Source: Terriglobia bacterium (GTDB taxonomy: Bacteria; Acidobacteriota; Terriglobia; Acidiferrales; UBA7541). Taken from it: a DNA stretch of 64,000 nucleotides. Below the pieces are notes generated by a model. That model was given only the letters and a program-made list of their open reading frames with translations, had not been told where the DNA came from and did no database searches. The position numbers and the translations under genes were made by a program. The DNA lies in NCBI GenBank assembly GCA_963695545.1, contig OY968796.1:896001-960000 (forward strand). Reading direction: 5' to 3'. Positions 9,246 through 17,783 of the stretch are shown in pieces. Within the stretch, counting starts at the first letter, position 1. Each line of letters opens with the position of its first letter.

Positions 9246-10262
9246 TTAGGGCACTCCGGGTTCGTCGTTGGCGCTGCGATCGAGGGCAAACTTTAGGTCG
9301 AAGGGCCAATCCTCGACGGCGTACTCGAAGCAGAGCGCGACTTGCGCGGGGCTCAGGGCGGATTGCGGCGCGCGGCCATCTTGCCGCGGATCGCCCGCGA
9401 GCAGGCGGCGCTCAACGCTCTCGCGCAGATCGCGGCGGCAGCGTTCGAGGTGGCGCGAGGCGGTGGCTTCGTGTTCGCCGCGTTGTTTGGCGATTTCGGC
9501 GAGGGTGAGCGAATCGAGATAGTAGGCGCGAAGGCGTGAGCGGTCGTCGTCGGAAACGTGCGCGAGGGCTTCGGCTAGCGCGGCATGGAGCAAATTGAGA
9601 TATCGCTCGCGATCGGGATCGCGCGGTTCGGGCGGACGCGACGTCGGCGCGGCCGCGGCGCGCGTGTGCGATCGGGTGGCGCTGCCGCGGTCGTCGTTCG
9701 CGCGAGTTTCGCCGATCTCGGCGACATCATCGAGCGCGATTTGGCGATTGCCGGCGCGGAGTTGATCGACGTAGCGCTGCGACAAGACGGCGCGCAACCA
9801 GGTGGAGAGTTTGCTGCGGCCGTGAAAATAGGAGAACAGCGGTTTGCGGCGCGCGCCTGCGGCGTTCGGAAGGCCGTAGAGATCGGCGTAGAGCGAATCG
9901 GCCAGTTCGCGCGCGCGTTCGGCATCGCGCGGCGCGCCGATGATGGCGCGCGCGGCGGCGTAGAGCGGCTCGCGATAGTGCGCGACGAAATAATCCCAGG
10001 CTTCGGAGTGACCAGCGGCGCAGGCGGCGGCGAGCGCCAAATCTTCGAGGCGAAGTGTTTTGAGATAGCGTTCGATTTCGGCTGGACCGGAGGAGGAATC
10101 GCCGAAGTGGCGCGCGGCGCTTGAGTGCAAACATTCCGTGAAGCGTTCGAGATCGAGGCCCCAGCGGGCGGCGCCGGATTGCGCGTGGAGCGAGGCGGCG
10201 AGCGCGGGCGGGATGTGCGGGCGCGCGCGATCAGTTCGATGGGGGATATTGGCTGGCGTCAT
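9246..10262 (-). CDS. ECF-type sigma-70 factor with N-terminal extension
   Basis: EDLALAAACAAG..AWDYFV, FHGRSKLSTWLRAVL (region 2) and LTLAEIAKQRGEHEATASRHL (region 4 HTH). Confidence 0.85.
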   Translation of the reverse strand: MTPANIPHRTDRARPHIPPALAASLHAQSGAARWGLDLERFTECLHSSAARHFGDSSSGPAEIERYLKTLRLEDLALAAACAAGHSEAWDYFVAHYREPLYAAARAIIGAPRDAERARELADSLYADLYGLPNAAGARRKPLFSYFHGRSKLSTWLRAVLSQRYVDQLRAGNRQIALDDVAEIGETRANDDRGSATRSHTRAAAAPTSRPPEPRDPDRERYLNLLHAALAEALAHVSDDDRSRLRAYYLDSLTLAEIAKQRGEHEATASRHLERCRRDLRESVERRLLAGDPRQDGRAPQSALSPAQVALCFEYAVEDWPFDLKFALDRSANDEPGVP

Positions 10263-10319
10263 TATTAATTCGCTCGGACGGCGCGATTCGTTGGCGCGCT
10301 TATTATCGTGCCGCGTCCG

Positions 10320-10412
10320 AAAGATTGTGTCGCCCCTACGGGGCTTTGGCGAAATCGCGATCCGTACCCAGGGCTTCCGCCCTGGGCCAAAATGTGCCGC
10401 CTCTATGGGGCT
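10320..10412. repeat. Composite palindromic element, copy 2
   Basis: AAAGATTGTGTCGCCCCTACGGGGCT is identical to 8932-8957, followed by CCGTACCCAGGGCTTCCGCCCTGGG and TGTGCCGCCTCTATGGGGCT. Confidence 0.75.
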
Positions 10413-10430
10413 TCAACCGGGCACAGGGCG

Positions 10431-10655
10431 TGGGCGTCAGCGGAACGCGCATCCTTATATGTCTACAAAGACTGTTTGTCACCAAAGACCCCGCACGTAA
10501 GTCCGACGTGCGGGGCACCCGCGAATTCTTGCCCCGATATGGGCGTCAGCGGAAAGCGCATCCTTATATGGTATGTCCCCAAAGACCCCACACGTAATAC
10601 CGACGTGTGGGGCACCGACGAATTTTTGCCCCGTATGGGCGTTAGCGGAGCGCCA
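10431..10655. repeat. Tandem repeat of ~100-bp units (2 full and 1 partial), each with a REP-like hairpin
   Basis: Units begin TGGGCGT(C/T)AGCGGA at 10431, 10540 and 10636. Each full unit carries CCCC(G/A)CACGT-loop-ACGTG(C/T)GGGGCACC. Confidence 0.75.
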
Positions 10656-10887
10656 ACGGAAAACTAGATGACGGGCGCGGGCGCAGCGTTGTTTTAACTG
10701 TTGGATCATAGCGCGGGGCGAGAAAAACGTGGCGATGGTTCCATGAGGCGCGGGACTGGGAGTATGATGCGTCTCGTGCGAGGCAATACGAAACCCGCGC
10801 GGCCTAGAATCCGTCTCTCCATATTAGTGCAGTCTTTCCTGTTGGGGACTTTCGCCTGGGGATACTCCGCAGAATATCGAGGTAGCC

Positions 10888-11526
10888 GTGATGTCTGAGA
10901 ATTGCGATCCGGAAACTAAACCCGGCTGGTTGACGAGACGCGAGCTGATCAAGGGCGTGATTGCGGCCGGGGCGGCGTCCTCGGCGAGCTACCTTTTTCG
11001 GGGCAGCTTGCAGCGAGTGTTTGCGTCGGCGCCGGGATCGGTGGAGCGGCTGATCATTTTGAATGTGAACGGGCAGCAGAGGCCCGTGGACGTGATGAAG
11101 CAGGAGACGCTGGCGATGACTCTGCGCTATAAGCTGGGCCTGACGGGAACGAAAATTGGGTGCGACCGCGCGGAGTGCGGGTGCTGCACGGTGCTGATCG
11201 ACGATGTGCCGCACTATTCGTGCTCGGTGCTGACGCATACCGCTCGAGGCAAGAAAATTCAGACCATCGAAGGGCTGGCGAGCGCGGATGGCACGCTGCA
11301 TCCGGTGCAGCAGGGAGTGGTGGAGGAGCAGGGATTCCAGTGCGCGTTCTGCATGTCGGGCTTCATCATGGCCACGGTGGGATTTCTGAAGGTGAATCCG
11401 AATCCGACGCGCGCGGAACTTGCGCACGGGATTTCGGGCAATCTTTGCCGCTGCCAGGACTACGAGAAAATTCTGAATGCGTTCATGCGCGGGGCCGAGC
11501 TTTCGCGGGGAGTGCACAATGCGTAG
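10888..11526 (+). CDS. Xanthine dehydrogenase family 2Fe-2S subunit with Tat signal (PaoA/YagT-like)
   Basis: LTRRELIKG Tat motif; GTKIGCDRAECGCCTV, QCAFC and GNLCRC iron-sulfur motifs. Confidence 0.9.
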   Translation: MMSENCDPETKPGWLTRRELIKGVIAAGAASSASYLFRGSLQRVFASAPGSVERLIILNVNGQQRPVDVMKQETLAMTLRYKLGLTGTKIGCDRAECGCCTVLIDDVPHYSCSVLTHTARGKKIQTIEGLASADGTLHPVQQGVVEEQGFQCAFCMSGFIMATVGFLKVNPNPTRAELAHGISGNLCRCQDYEKILNAFMRGAELSRGVHNA

Positions 11527-14128
11527 AGCTACGGATTCTGGTTCAACGTCGAATTCAACGCCCGATACGAAGGCGGCTGCGCCGATCGATACTGAAAAGC
11601 TGCTGGTGACGGCCGACACTCCTCCGGACAAGACGAGACTCGTTGGGCAAAACTACGTCACTCCCGATCTGATCGCGAAAGTCACCGGAAGATCGAAATA
11701 CGCGGAGGATTATCGCGCGGACGGAATGTTGTTTACGAAGCTGCTGCTGAGCCCGTATCCGCACGCGCGCGTCACCGGCATCGACGCGTCGGAGGCGCTG
11801 AGGATGCCGGGCGTGCGCGGCATGATCACCATGGACGATCTGCCGGCGCCGGCCGATTCGTATACGGACCTGGGCGCGCTGATCAAGGCCAATCTGCGCG
11901 GGGAACGCGGTCTGGCGATGGAGCCGATTTATCAGGGCGAGCCGATTCTGGCGGTGGCGGCCGTCGATGAACTGACCGCCGCGGACGCGATCGAGAAAAT
12001 TAAGGTTACGTTCGAGCCGCTGCCGTTCGTGCTCGATCCGTTCGATAGTTTGCGGCCGGGCGGACCGAACGCGCGGACCGACGGAAACACATGGATGCGC
12101 GCGCCCGCGCCGCCGCCCGCGAATGGAGGCAGACCGGCGGGTCCGCCGCCGCTTACCGTGGCCGAAATCAAATGGACTGACGAAGAGTTCAAGGATTACG
12201 CGCAAGGCAAGATGCCGATGGGCAAGCCGACCGACCAGTGGACATACGGCGATCTGGACGCGGGATTCAAAAACGCGGCGCTGGTTCTGGATGAATCGTT
12301 CGTGACGCCGGACACGAGCCATCAGTGCATGGAGACGCGCACGGCGATGGCTTACTGGCAGGGCGGAAAATTATTTCTGTGTGGCGGCACGCAAAGCACG
12401 GTGCAGACCGTGCCGGCGATCGCGCGCTGGATGAACATGAGCGCGGACGACGTGGTGCTGATCAGCGAATACACCGGCGGCGGATTCGGGAGCAAGGCGA
12501 GCGGAAACATTCAGATGATTATCCCGGCGATTTTGTCGCGAAAATGCAACGCGCCGGTGATGATGCGCGTGAGCCGCGAGGAGGAACATTATATCGGCAA
12601 GGCGCGGCCGAGCATTACGGGGCGCATCAAGGTGGGCTTCGCGGCGGATGGTCGCATCACGGCGCTCGATATGTATTCGGTGTGCGATAACGGGCCTTAC
12701 GATCAGGTGGGCGACGCGGGAATGTCCGGACGCATCGTTTCGCTGCTCTATCAGCCGCCGGCCATGCGCTGGCGCGGGATTTCTGTGCTGACGAACACGC
12801 CGCCGCGCGGAGCGCAAAGTTCGCCGGGTGGGATACAGGGAATCACTTTGATGGAGCCGATTCTGGCGAAGGCGGCGCGGCAGTTGAATCTGGATCAAGT
12901 GGCGATACACAGAATCAACGCGCCGGAAGGCAAGGCGGAATTCGGGCCGACTCCTCCGAACGGCGGGAAGCGATCGTATCCGACCAGTTGCTTCCTGAAG
13001 GATGCGTTCGATCGCGGCGCCGAGATGTTTAAATGGAACGATCGCAAGGCGCTGAGCGGGAAACGGAACGGGACAAAGGTGCGCGGCATCGGAGTCTCGA
13101 GCAGCACATTCGTCGCGGGCTCGCGCGGATACGATGGGCTTTTCGTGATTAAGCCCGACGGCATGATGTACATCCAATCGGGCATCGGGAATCTGGGGAC
13201 GGAAAATTTTAGCGACGCTCACCGCGTGGCCGCCGAACTCGTGGGCATGCCGTGGGAAAAAGTGCAGCTGACGTGGGGAAACACCTCGAAGAATCTGCCG
13301 TGGAGCTGCGTATCCGGCGGCAGCCAGACGACGCACGCGATGACGCGCGCGGCGCACGCGGCCGGTATGGACGCCAAAACGAAATTGCAACAGATCGCCG
13401 CGAAGGATCACGGCGGGCGGCCGGAGGATTACGAAGTCGCGCACGAGCGCGTCTATCGCAAAGGCGGCGGCGCCGGCATGACGCTGGCTCAGGCCGCGCA
13501 GCGCGCGATTGCGCTGGGCGGCGTGTACGACGGCCATACTCTGCCGAGCGACATCAATAAGATGACCACGGCGTCGGCGACGGCGTTCGCAGGGCAAGGG
13601 CTGATGGGCGTGGCGCGCGACAATTATGGGCAGGATGGCCAATGCTTTTCGTTCGTGGCCACGTTCGCGGAAGTGGAGATCGACGTCGAAACGGGCGCGT
13701 ACGAGATTCTGGATTTTTTGGCTGTAGCCGACGTGGGCACGGTGATTCACCCGAAGGCGCTGAGCGGACAAATACTTGGGCGATCCATGCTGGGGATCGG
13801 GCACGCCGTCGGGCAGAAATGGGTTTATGACAAGCATCTCGGTTGGGCGATGGCCAAGCGCTTTTACCAAAATAATCCGCCGACAATTTTGAACGCGCCG
13901 GTGAACATGCAATGGGCCGCGCTGAACATTCCGGATCCTGAAACGCCGGTGGGCGCGCGCGGCATTGGCGAGCCGCCGGTGGGCGGCGGATGCTGCGCGA
14001 TTTTGAACGCGATTTCGGATGCGATTGGGGACGATATTTTCCGGCGCGCGCCGGTGCTGGCGGACATGATTTTGACTTCGCTAGAGGCCGGGAAGCCGGT
14101 GACCGAGCCGCTTGAGGCGCACATTTAG
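11519..14128 (+). CDS. Xanthine dehydrogenase family molybdopterin-binding subunit
   Basis: KVTGRSKYAED, SPYPHA, HQCMETR, GGGFGSK, DVGTVIHP and GARGIGEPP motifs. The start overlaps the stop of the 2Fe-2S gene. Confidence 0.92.
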   Translation: MRRATDSGSTSNSTPDTKAAAPIDTEKLLVTADTPPDKTRLVGQNYVTPDLIAKVTGRSKYAEDYRADGMLFTKLLLSPYPHARVTGIDASEALRMPGVRGMITMDDLPAPADSYTDLGALIKANLRGERGLAMEPIYQGEPILAVAAVDELTAADAIEKIKVTFEPLPFVLDPFDSLRPGGPNARTDGNTWMRAPAPPPANGGRPAGPPPLTVAEIKWTDEEFKDYAQGKMPMGKPTDQWTYGDLDAGFKNAALVLDESFVTPDTSHQCMETRTAMAYWQGGKLFLCGGTQSTVQTVPAIARWMNMSADDVVLISEYTGGGFGSKASGNIQMIIPAILSRKCNAPVMMRVSREEEHYIGKARPSITGRIKVGFAADGRITALDMYSVCDNGPYDQVGDAGMSGRIVSLLYQPPAMRWRGISVLTNTPPRGAQSSPGGIQGITLMEPILAKAARQLNLDQVAIHRINAPEGKAEFGPTPPNGGKRSYPTSCFLKDAFDRGAEMFKWNDRKALSGKRNGTKVRGIGVSSSTFVAGSRGYDGLFVIKPDGMMYIQSGIGNLGTENFSDAHRVAAELVGMPWEKVQLTWGNTSKNLPWSCVSGGSQTTHAMTRAAHAAGMDAKTKLQQIAAKDHGGRPEDYEVAHERVYRKGGGAGMTLAQAAQRAIALGGVYDGHTLPSDINKMTTASATAFAGQGLMGVARDNYGQDGQCFSFVATFAEVEIDVETGAYEILDFLAVADVGTVIHPKALSGQILGRSMLGIGHAVGQKWVYDKHLGWAMAKRFYQNNPPTILNAPVNMQWAALNIPDPETPVGARGIGEPPVGGGCCAILNAISDAIGDDIFRRAPVLADMILTSLEAGKPVTEPLEAHI

Positions 14129-14161
14129 TTTTTCTGTCGAGAGAGATCAGGAGAACCGAAA

Positions 14162-15166
14162 ATGGCAGTGATTCGCGATGTGATGCCGGACTTCGAGCTG
14201 TTCCAACCGGCCTCGATCGATGACGCGGTGACGTTGCTCGCGGAGTACGGCTCAGACGCGTGGGTGTTGGCCGGCGGACTGGATAGTTTCGATTGGCTGA
14301 AAGATCGCATCAAGCGTCCGAAGGTGGTGGTGGACCTGAGCCAGGTGCAGGAACTTCGCGGCGTGCGTGAGTTCGGCGGCGGCGTCGAAATCGGCGCGAT
14401 GACGACGTTGACCGAAGTTGTGCGAAACCCGATCGTGATCAGCAAATTTAAACTGCTGGCCGATGCGGCCGAAGCTGCCGCGTCTCCGCAGATCCGCAAC
14501 CAGGGCACGATCGGCGGCAACGTTTCACAGGACGCGCGATGCTGGTATTACCGCAGCGGATTTCCCTGCTATCGCGCCGGGGGAAATATTTGCTATGCGG
14601 ATACGCCGGTGGGTATGAATCGCGAGCACGCTATTTTTGGAGCGGACCGCTGCGTGGCAGTCAGCCCGTCGGATTCGGCGCCGGCCATGGTTGCGCTCGA
14701 AGCACAGATGGTGATTCGCAGTTCGCGCGGCGAGCGCGTGGTGGATGCTGAAGATTATTTCACGAATCCCGGCATCGACATCACACGCATGACTGTGCTG
14801 CAGCCCGGCGAACTTCTTACCTCGATCCGCATTCCGGGCACATGGGCAAACACCGATTTCTACTTCGAGAAAGTTCGTGACCGTCCCGTGTGGAATTTTC
14901 CGCTGGTGAATGTTGCGTCGGCGAAAGTCTTAAACGGCGGCGTGATCGAGCGAATACGCATCGTGGTGAATGGCGTGGCGCCGCATCCGTGGCATCTGAA
15001 AGACGTGGAAGACGCCATCGCGGGCAAGCCGGCGAACGAAGAGACCGCCAGCATGGCGGGACAAATGGCGATCAAGGGCGCCGTGCCGCTGCGCTTCAAT
15101 GGTTACAAATTGCCGCTGATGCGAAACCTGGTGAAACGCTCGATTCGCGGGACGATGGAGGCCTAG
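14162..15166 (+). CDS. Xanthine dehydrogenase family FAD-binding subunit (PaoB/YagS-like, with 4Fe-4S Cys insert)
   Basis: LAGG, ASPQIRNQGTIGGN, RCWYYR..PCYRAGGNICYA..DRC and PSDSAPA motifs. Confidence 0.9.
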   Translation: MAVIRDVMPDFELFQPASIDDAVTLLAEYGSDAWVLAGGLDSFDWLKDRIKRPKVVVDLSQVQELRGVREFGGGVEIGAMTTLTEVVRNPIVISKFKLLADAAEAAASPQIRNQGTIGGNVSQDARCWYYRSGFPCYRAGGNICYADTPVGMNREHAIFGADRCVAVSPSDSAPAMVALEAQMVIRSSRGERVVDAEDYFTNPGIDITRMTVLQPGELLTSIRIPGTWANTDFYFEKVRDRPVWNFPLVNVASAKVLNGGVIERIRIVVNGVAPHPWHLKDVEDAIAGKPANEETASMAGQMAIKGAVPLRFNGYKLPLMRNLVKRSIRGTMEA

Positions 15167-16048
15167 GTGCATTTCATTCAATGGGCGACGAACCCCTGGG
15201 GACAGAGCGTTCCGATTCACATTGCCTGGGTGCTGATCTGGGTGGCGGCGATTGCGGGTGTGGCGTTTTTGGTTGTGCATGCGATTTGGATCCGCTTTTT
15301 CGCGGCGCCCGAGGAATTCGCGAACACCACACTTTCCGCGGGCGCTCAAGCTGCGATACCCGAAAAAGTCAGAAGACATTCTCTGACCGCGCGTGTGTTT
15401 CACTGGGTCATGGCGGCGTCCATGCTTGTTCTGTTGTTCAGCGCGTTCCTTCCCAAGGTTGGCGTGCGGTTCGATTGGATCACGTATCACTGGATCGCCG
15501 GCCTCGTGCTGATTGCTTTGATCATCTTCCACATCTTTCACGCGACGTTCTTCATGGATTTCTGGTCGATTTGGCCGGATAAGATCGATATGGTCGACGC
15601 GAAGAACCGCGCGCTGCGCATGATGGGAAAATCCGCGCCGCTTCCGCGGAAATTTGCCAAGTATCCCTTCGAGAACAAGATGTATCACTTCGCGATTCTG
15701 GTTACGGGTCTCGCCGTGGCTGGCACCGGCGCGTGCATGCTGTTCCGGATTCACACCCCGTTTCTGACGCGCAATCCCTATTTGTTCAGCGATATGACCT
15801 GGGGATTGATGTACGTGTTGCACGGCCTCGCAGGGGTGGGATTGATCACGCTGATCACGACTCACATTTATTTCGCATTCCGCCCCGAGAAACTGGTCAT
15901 CACCAAGTCGATGATTTTCGGCACGATGCCCCGCGAATATGTTCTTGAGCACCACGATCCCGCGCGATGGGAGGTCGCAGGGAATCCTCCTTCGGCGCCG
16001 GCGCCGTCGGAATCACCGCTGATCGATCCAGAACGCGGGACTGCCTGA
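15167..16048 (+). CDS. Di-haem cytochrome b (formate dehydrogenase gamma / Ni-hydrogenase b-type) membrane subunit
   Basis: Several TM helices with His ligands: RVFHW, YHWIAG, VLHGL and THIY. AKYPFENKMYH resembles the FdnI GKYNxxQK motif. Confidence 0.8.
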   Translation: MHFIQWATNPWGQSVPIHIAWVLIWVAAIAGVAFLVVHAIWIRFFAAPEEFANTTLSAGAQAAIPEKVRRHSLTARVFHWVMAASMLVLLFSAFLPKVGVRFDWITYHWIAGLVLIALIIFHIFHATFFMDFWSIWPDKIDMVDAKNRALRMMGKSAPLPRKFAKYPFENKMYHFAILVTGLAVAGTGACMLFRIHTPFLTRNPYLFSDMTWGLMYVLHGLAGVGLITLITTHIYFAFRPEKLVITKSMIFGTMPREYVLEHHDPARWEVAGNPPSAPAPSESPLIDPERGTA

Positions 16049-16049
16049 C

Positions 16050-16481
16050 ATGGCGCTGGAAGATCTGGTCGAGCGCTGCGACGCTGTGGAGGAATGTTAC
16101 GAGTTCATGCTTGCGTATGCCGCGCAGGGATTGACGCGCGATGCGGGCAGCGCGTCCGGAGAGCAACTCCGAAATTATCTGGGGCGCGCCGTGAAATCGC
16201 TCGCGGGCTTGCCGGGCGCATACGAGGCCGCCATCACGCAAGCCGGCCTCGAACCCGCCCAACGCCACCAAGAGTTTCTGGCGGTGCTTGATCGTGACTC
16301 GCGCGATGCTCTCGCGGCGATGGAATTGGTTTTGGGGCAGGCCAGCATCAGCTCGCAGCTCATCGATAATTTGAACGCTTCGATTCATCTTCGCGCCTTA
16401 CTGACGGATCTTTTCCTTCTTGACGAAATTGCCAAACTGCACCAATCCGCAGGAGATCGAGCCATATCCGCCGAAACGTGA
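16050..16481 (+). CDS. Hypothetical helical protein in the molybdoenzyme operon
   Basis: Starts 2 bp after the cytochrome b stop, has typical codon usage, and ends in ISSQLIDNLNASIHLRALLTDLFLLDE. Confidence 0.7.
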   Translation: MALEDLVERCDAVEECYEFMLAYAAQGLTRDAGSASGEQLRNYLGRAVKSLAGLPGAYEAAITQAGLEPAQRHQEFLAVLDRDSRDALAAMELVLGQASISSQLIDNLNASIHLRALLTDLFLLDEIAKLHQSAGDRAISAET

Positions 16482-16490
16482 CGATTCCGG

Positions 16491-16889
16491 ATGAAGATTC
16501 TTCTGGTTGCGTGTGTTTTAATGATGAGTGCGTGCCAATCCGCCCCGGAAACGGCGCCGAAGCCTGCGGTAATGGGATGGAGTCCGGTCGCGGCGTGGTC
16601 GGGCCACGCGAACTACCAAACCGATTCCTTCAACATCGGGACCGGCCAGTGGCGCATCAAGTGGGAAGCCGACGCTGCGCAACCCTCGGCGCGCGCAAAT
16701 TTTCGAGTGACGGTCCACAGCTCGATCAGTGGCCGCTTTGTCACGGTAGCCGTGGACCATCAGGGGCCCGGGAGCGGGATTGCGTACGTCTCGGAAGATC
16801 CGCGCGAATTTTTCCTGGTCGTCGAGTCAACCGGCGCCGATTGGAAAGTGGCCGTGGAAGAAGGCACGGTTGGAGAAGAAACAAAGTAG
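16491..16889 (+). CDS. Hypothetical lipoprotein
   Basis: MKILLVACVLMMSAC lipobox-type signal and a beta-rich mature domain. Confidence 0.7.
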   Translation: MKILLVACVLMMSACQSAPETAPKPAVMGWSPVAAWSGHANYQTDSFNIGTGQWRIKWEADAAQPSARANFRVTVHSSISGRFVTVAVDHQGPGSGIAYVSEDPREFFLVVESTGADWKVAVEEGTVGEETK

Positions 16890-16920
16890 ACCCTGACTCG
16901 GTGAGCGAGTTTACCCTTAC

Positions 16921-17481
16921 ATGTACACGTGCCGGCATTGCGAAGAGGAAATCAATCAGGCCACGGAGATTTGTCCGCACTGCGGCGCCGATCTGACGCT
17001 TGATCCGCCGGAGGAAGGCGCGAAGGCGCCACCGAGCCGTCGCAAACGCGTGATTCGCTGGATCGTGTTGCTGACGATTCTGTTTGGATCCCTGTGGAGT
17101 TTTTTGTGGTTTGTGATTTCGCCGCGAACCGGCCAGCCGACGCTGCAAGCCGAGGCGCAAGCGCTCGATACTTTGACCGAGGTGCAAGCAGCGCTCGCTT
17201 CGTATTCGCAAGCAATGTCCGGCGCGTATCCTTCCACGCTCGATCCATTGGGCGCGGCAGTGCGCGTGGCGGCGCAGCGCGCGCAGAGCTTGGGCTATCA
17301 GCTGCAATATGTGCCGGGGCCGCTGGCTTCCGATGGCTCGATACACAGTTATGCGCTGCAGGTTACGGCCGGCAACCACGGCTATCGCAGTTTCTACACG
17401 GATGAATCCGGCGCGGTGCGCGCGACGCGCGAAGAGCGAGCTGCCGTCTCATCTGATCCGCTGCTCGCTCCCGCTCACTAG
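16921..17481 (+). CDS. Zinc-ribbon membrane protein with a pilin-like periplasmic domain
   Basis: CRHC...CPHC, one TM helix, and a C-terminal GYRSFYTDESGAVRAT. Confidence 0.7.
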   Translation: MYTCRHCEEEINQATEICPHCGADLTLDPPEEGAKAPPSRRKRVIRWIVLLTILFGSLWSFLWFVISPRTGQPTLQAEAQALDTLTEVQAALASYSQAMSGAYPSTLDPLGAAVRVAAQRAQSLGYQLQYVPGPLASDGSIHSYALQVTAGNHGYRSFYTDESGAVRATREERAAVSSDPLLAPAH

Positions 17482-17532
17482 CTTTCGGGCCGCGCTCCGC
17501 GACGCGCGAATTCGCCCGGTGTCGGGCGCGAA

Positions 17533-17541
17533 TGCTATACT
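17533..17541 (+). promoter_or_regulatory. Extended -10 promoter candidate for tRNA-Ser
   Basis: TGCTATACT about 50 bp upstream of the tRNA. Confidence 0.45.
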
Positions 17542-17591
17542 TCGCGTAGCAGCGCGCATCAAAATTCAACAATTTCGGCCACGGTCTCCGC

Positions 17592-17685
<94 letters not shown>

Positions 17686-17783
17686 TTCGCGATCCCCCAT
17701 ATCTCCATTTAGTTCCGTCAATCAAAATTGGCGGGCTAGCGTGTTGACCAAGTACTAGAAATGTTCATCGCGCGTCGCGGTGA

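Noticed and set aside
10431..10655. Possible CRISPR array
   Set aside because: Only 2-3 long degenerate units, no unique spacers, and no cas genes in the window.
10700..10887. Moco riboswitch upstream of the molybdoenzyme operon
   Set aside because: No recognisable consensus, only weak short hairpins.
12371..13912. Long antisense ORFs (also 28695-29918, 46093-47214, 54761-56062, 57219-58466)
   Set aside because: They are shadows of well-supported genes on the opposite strand.
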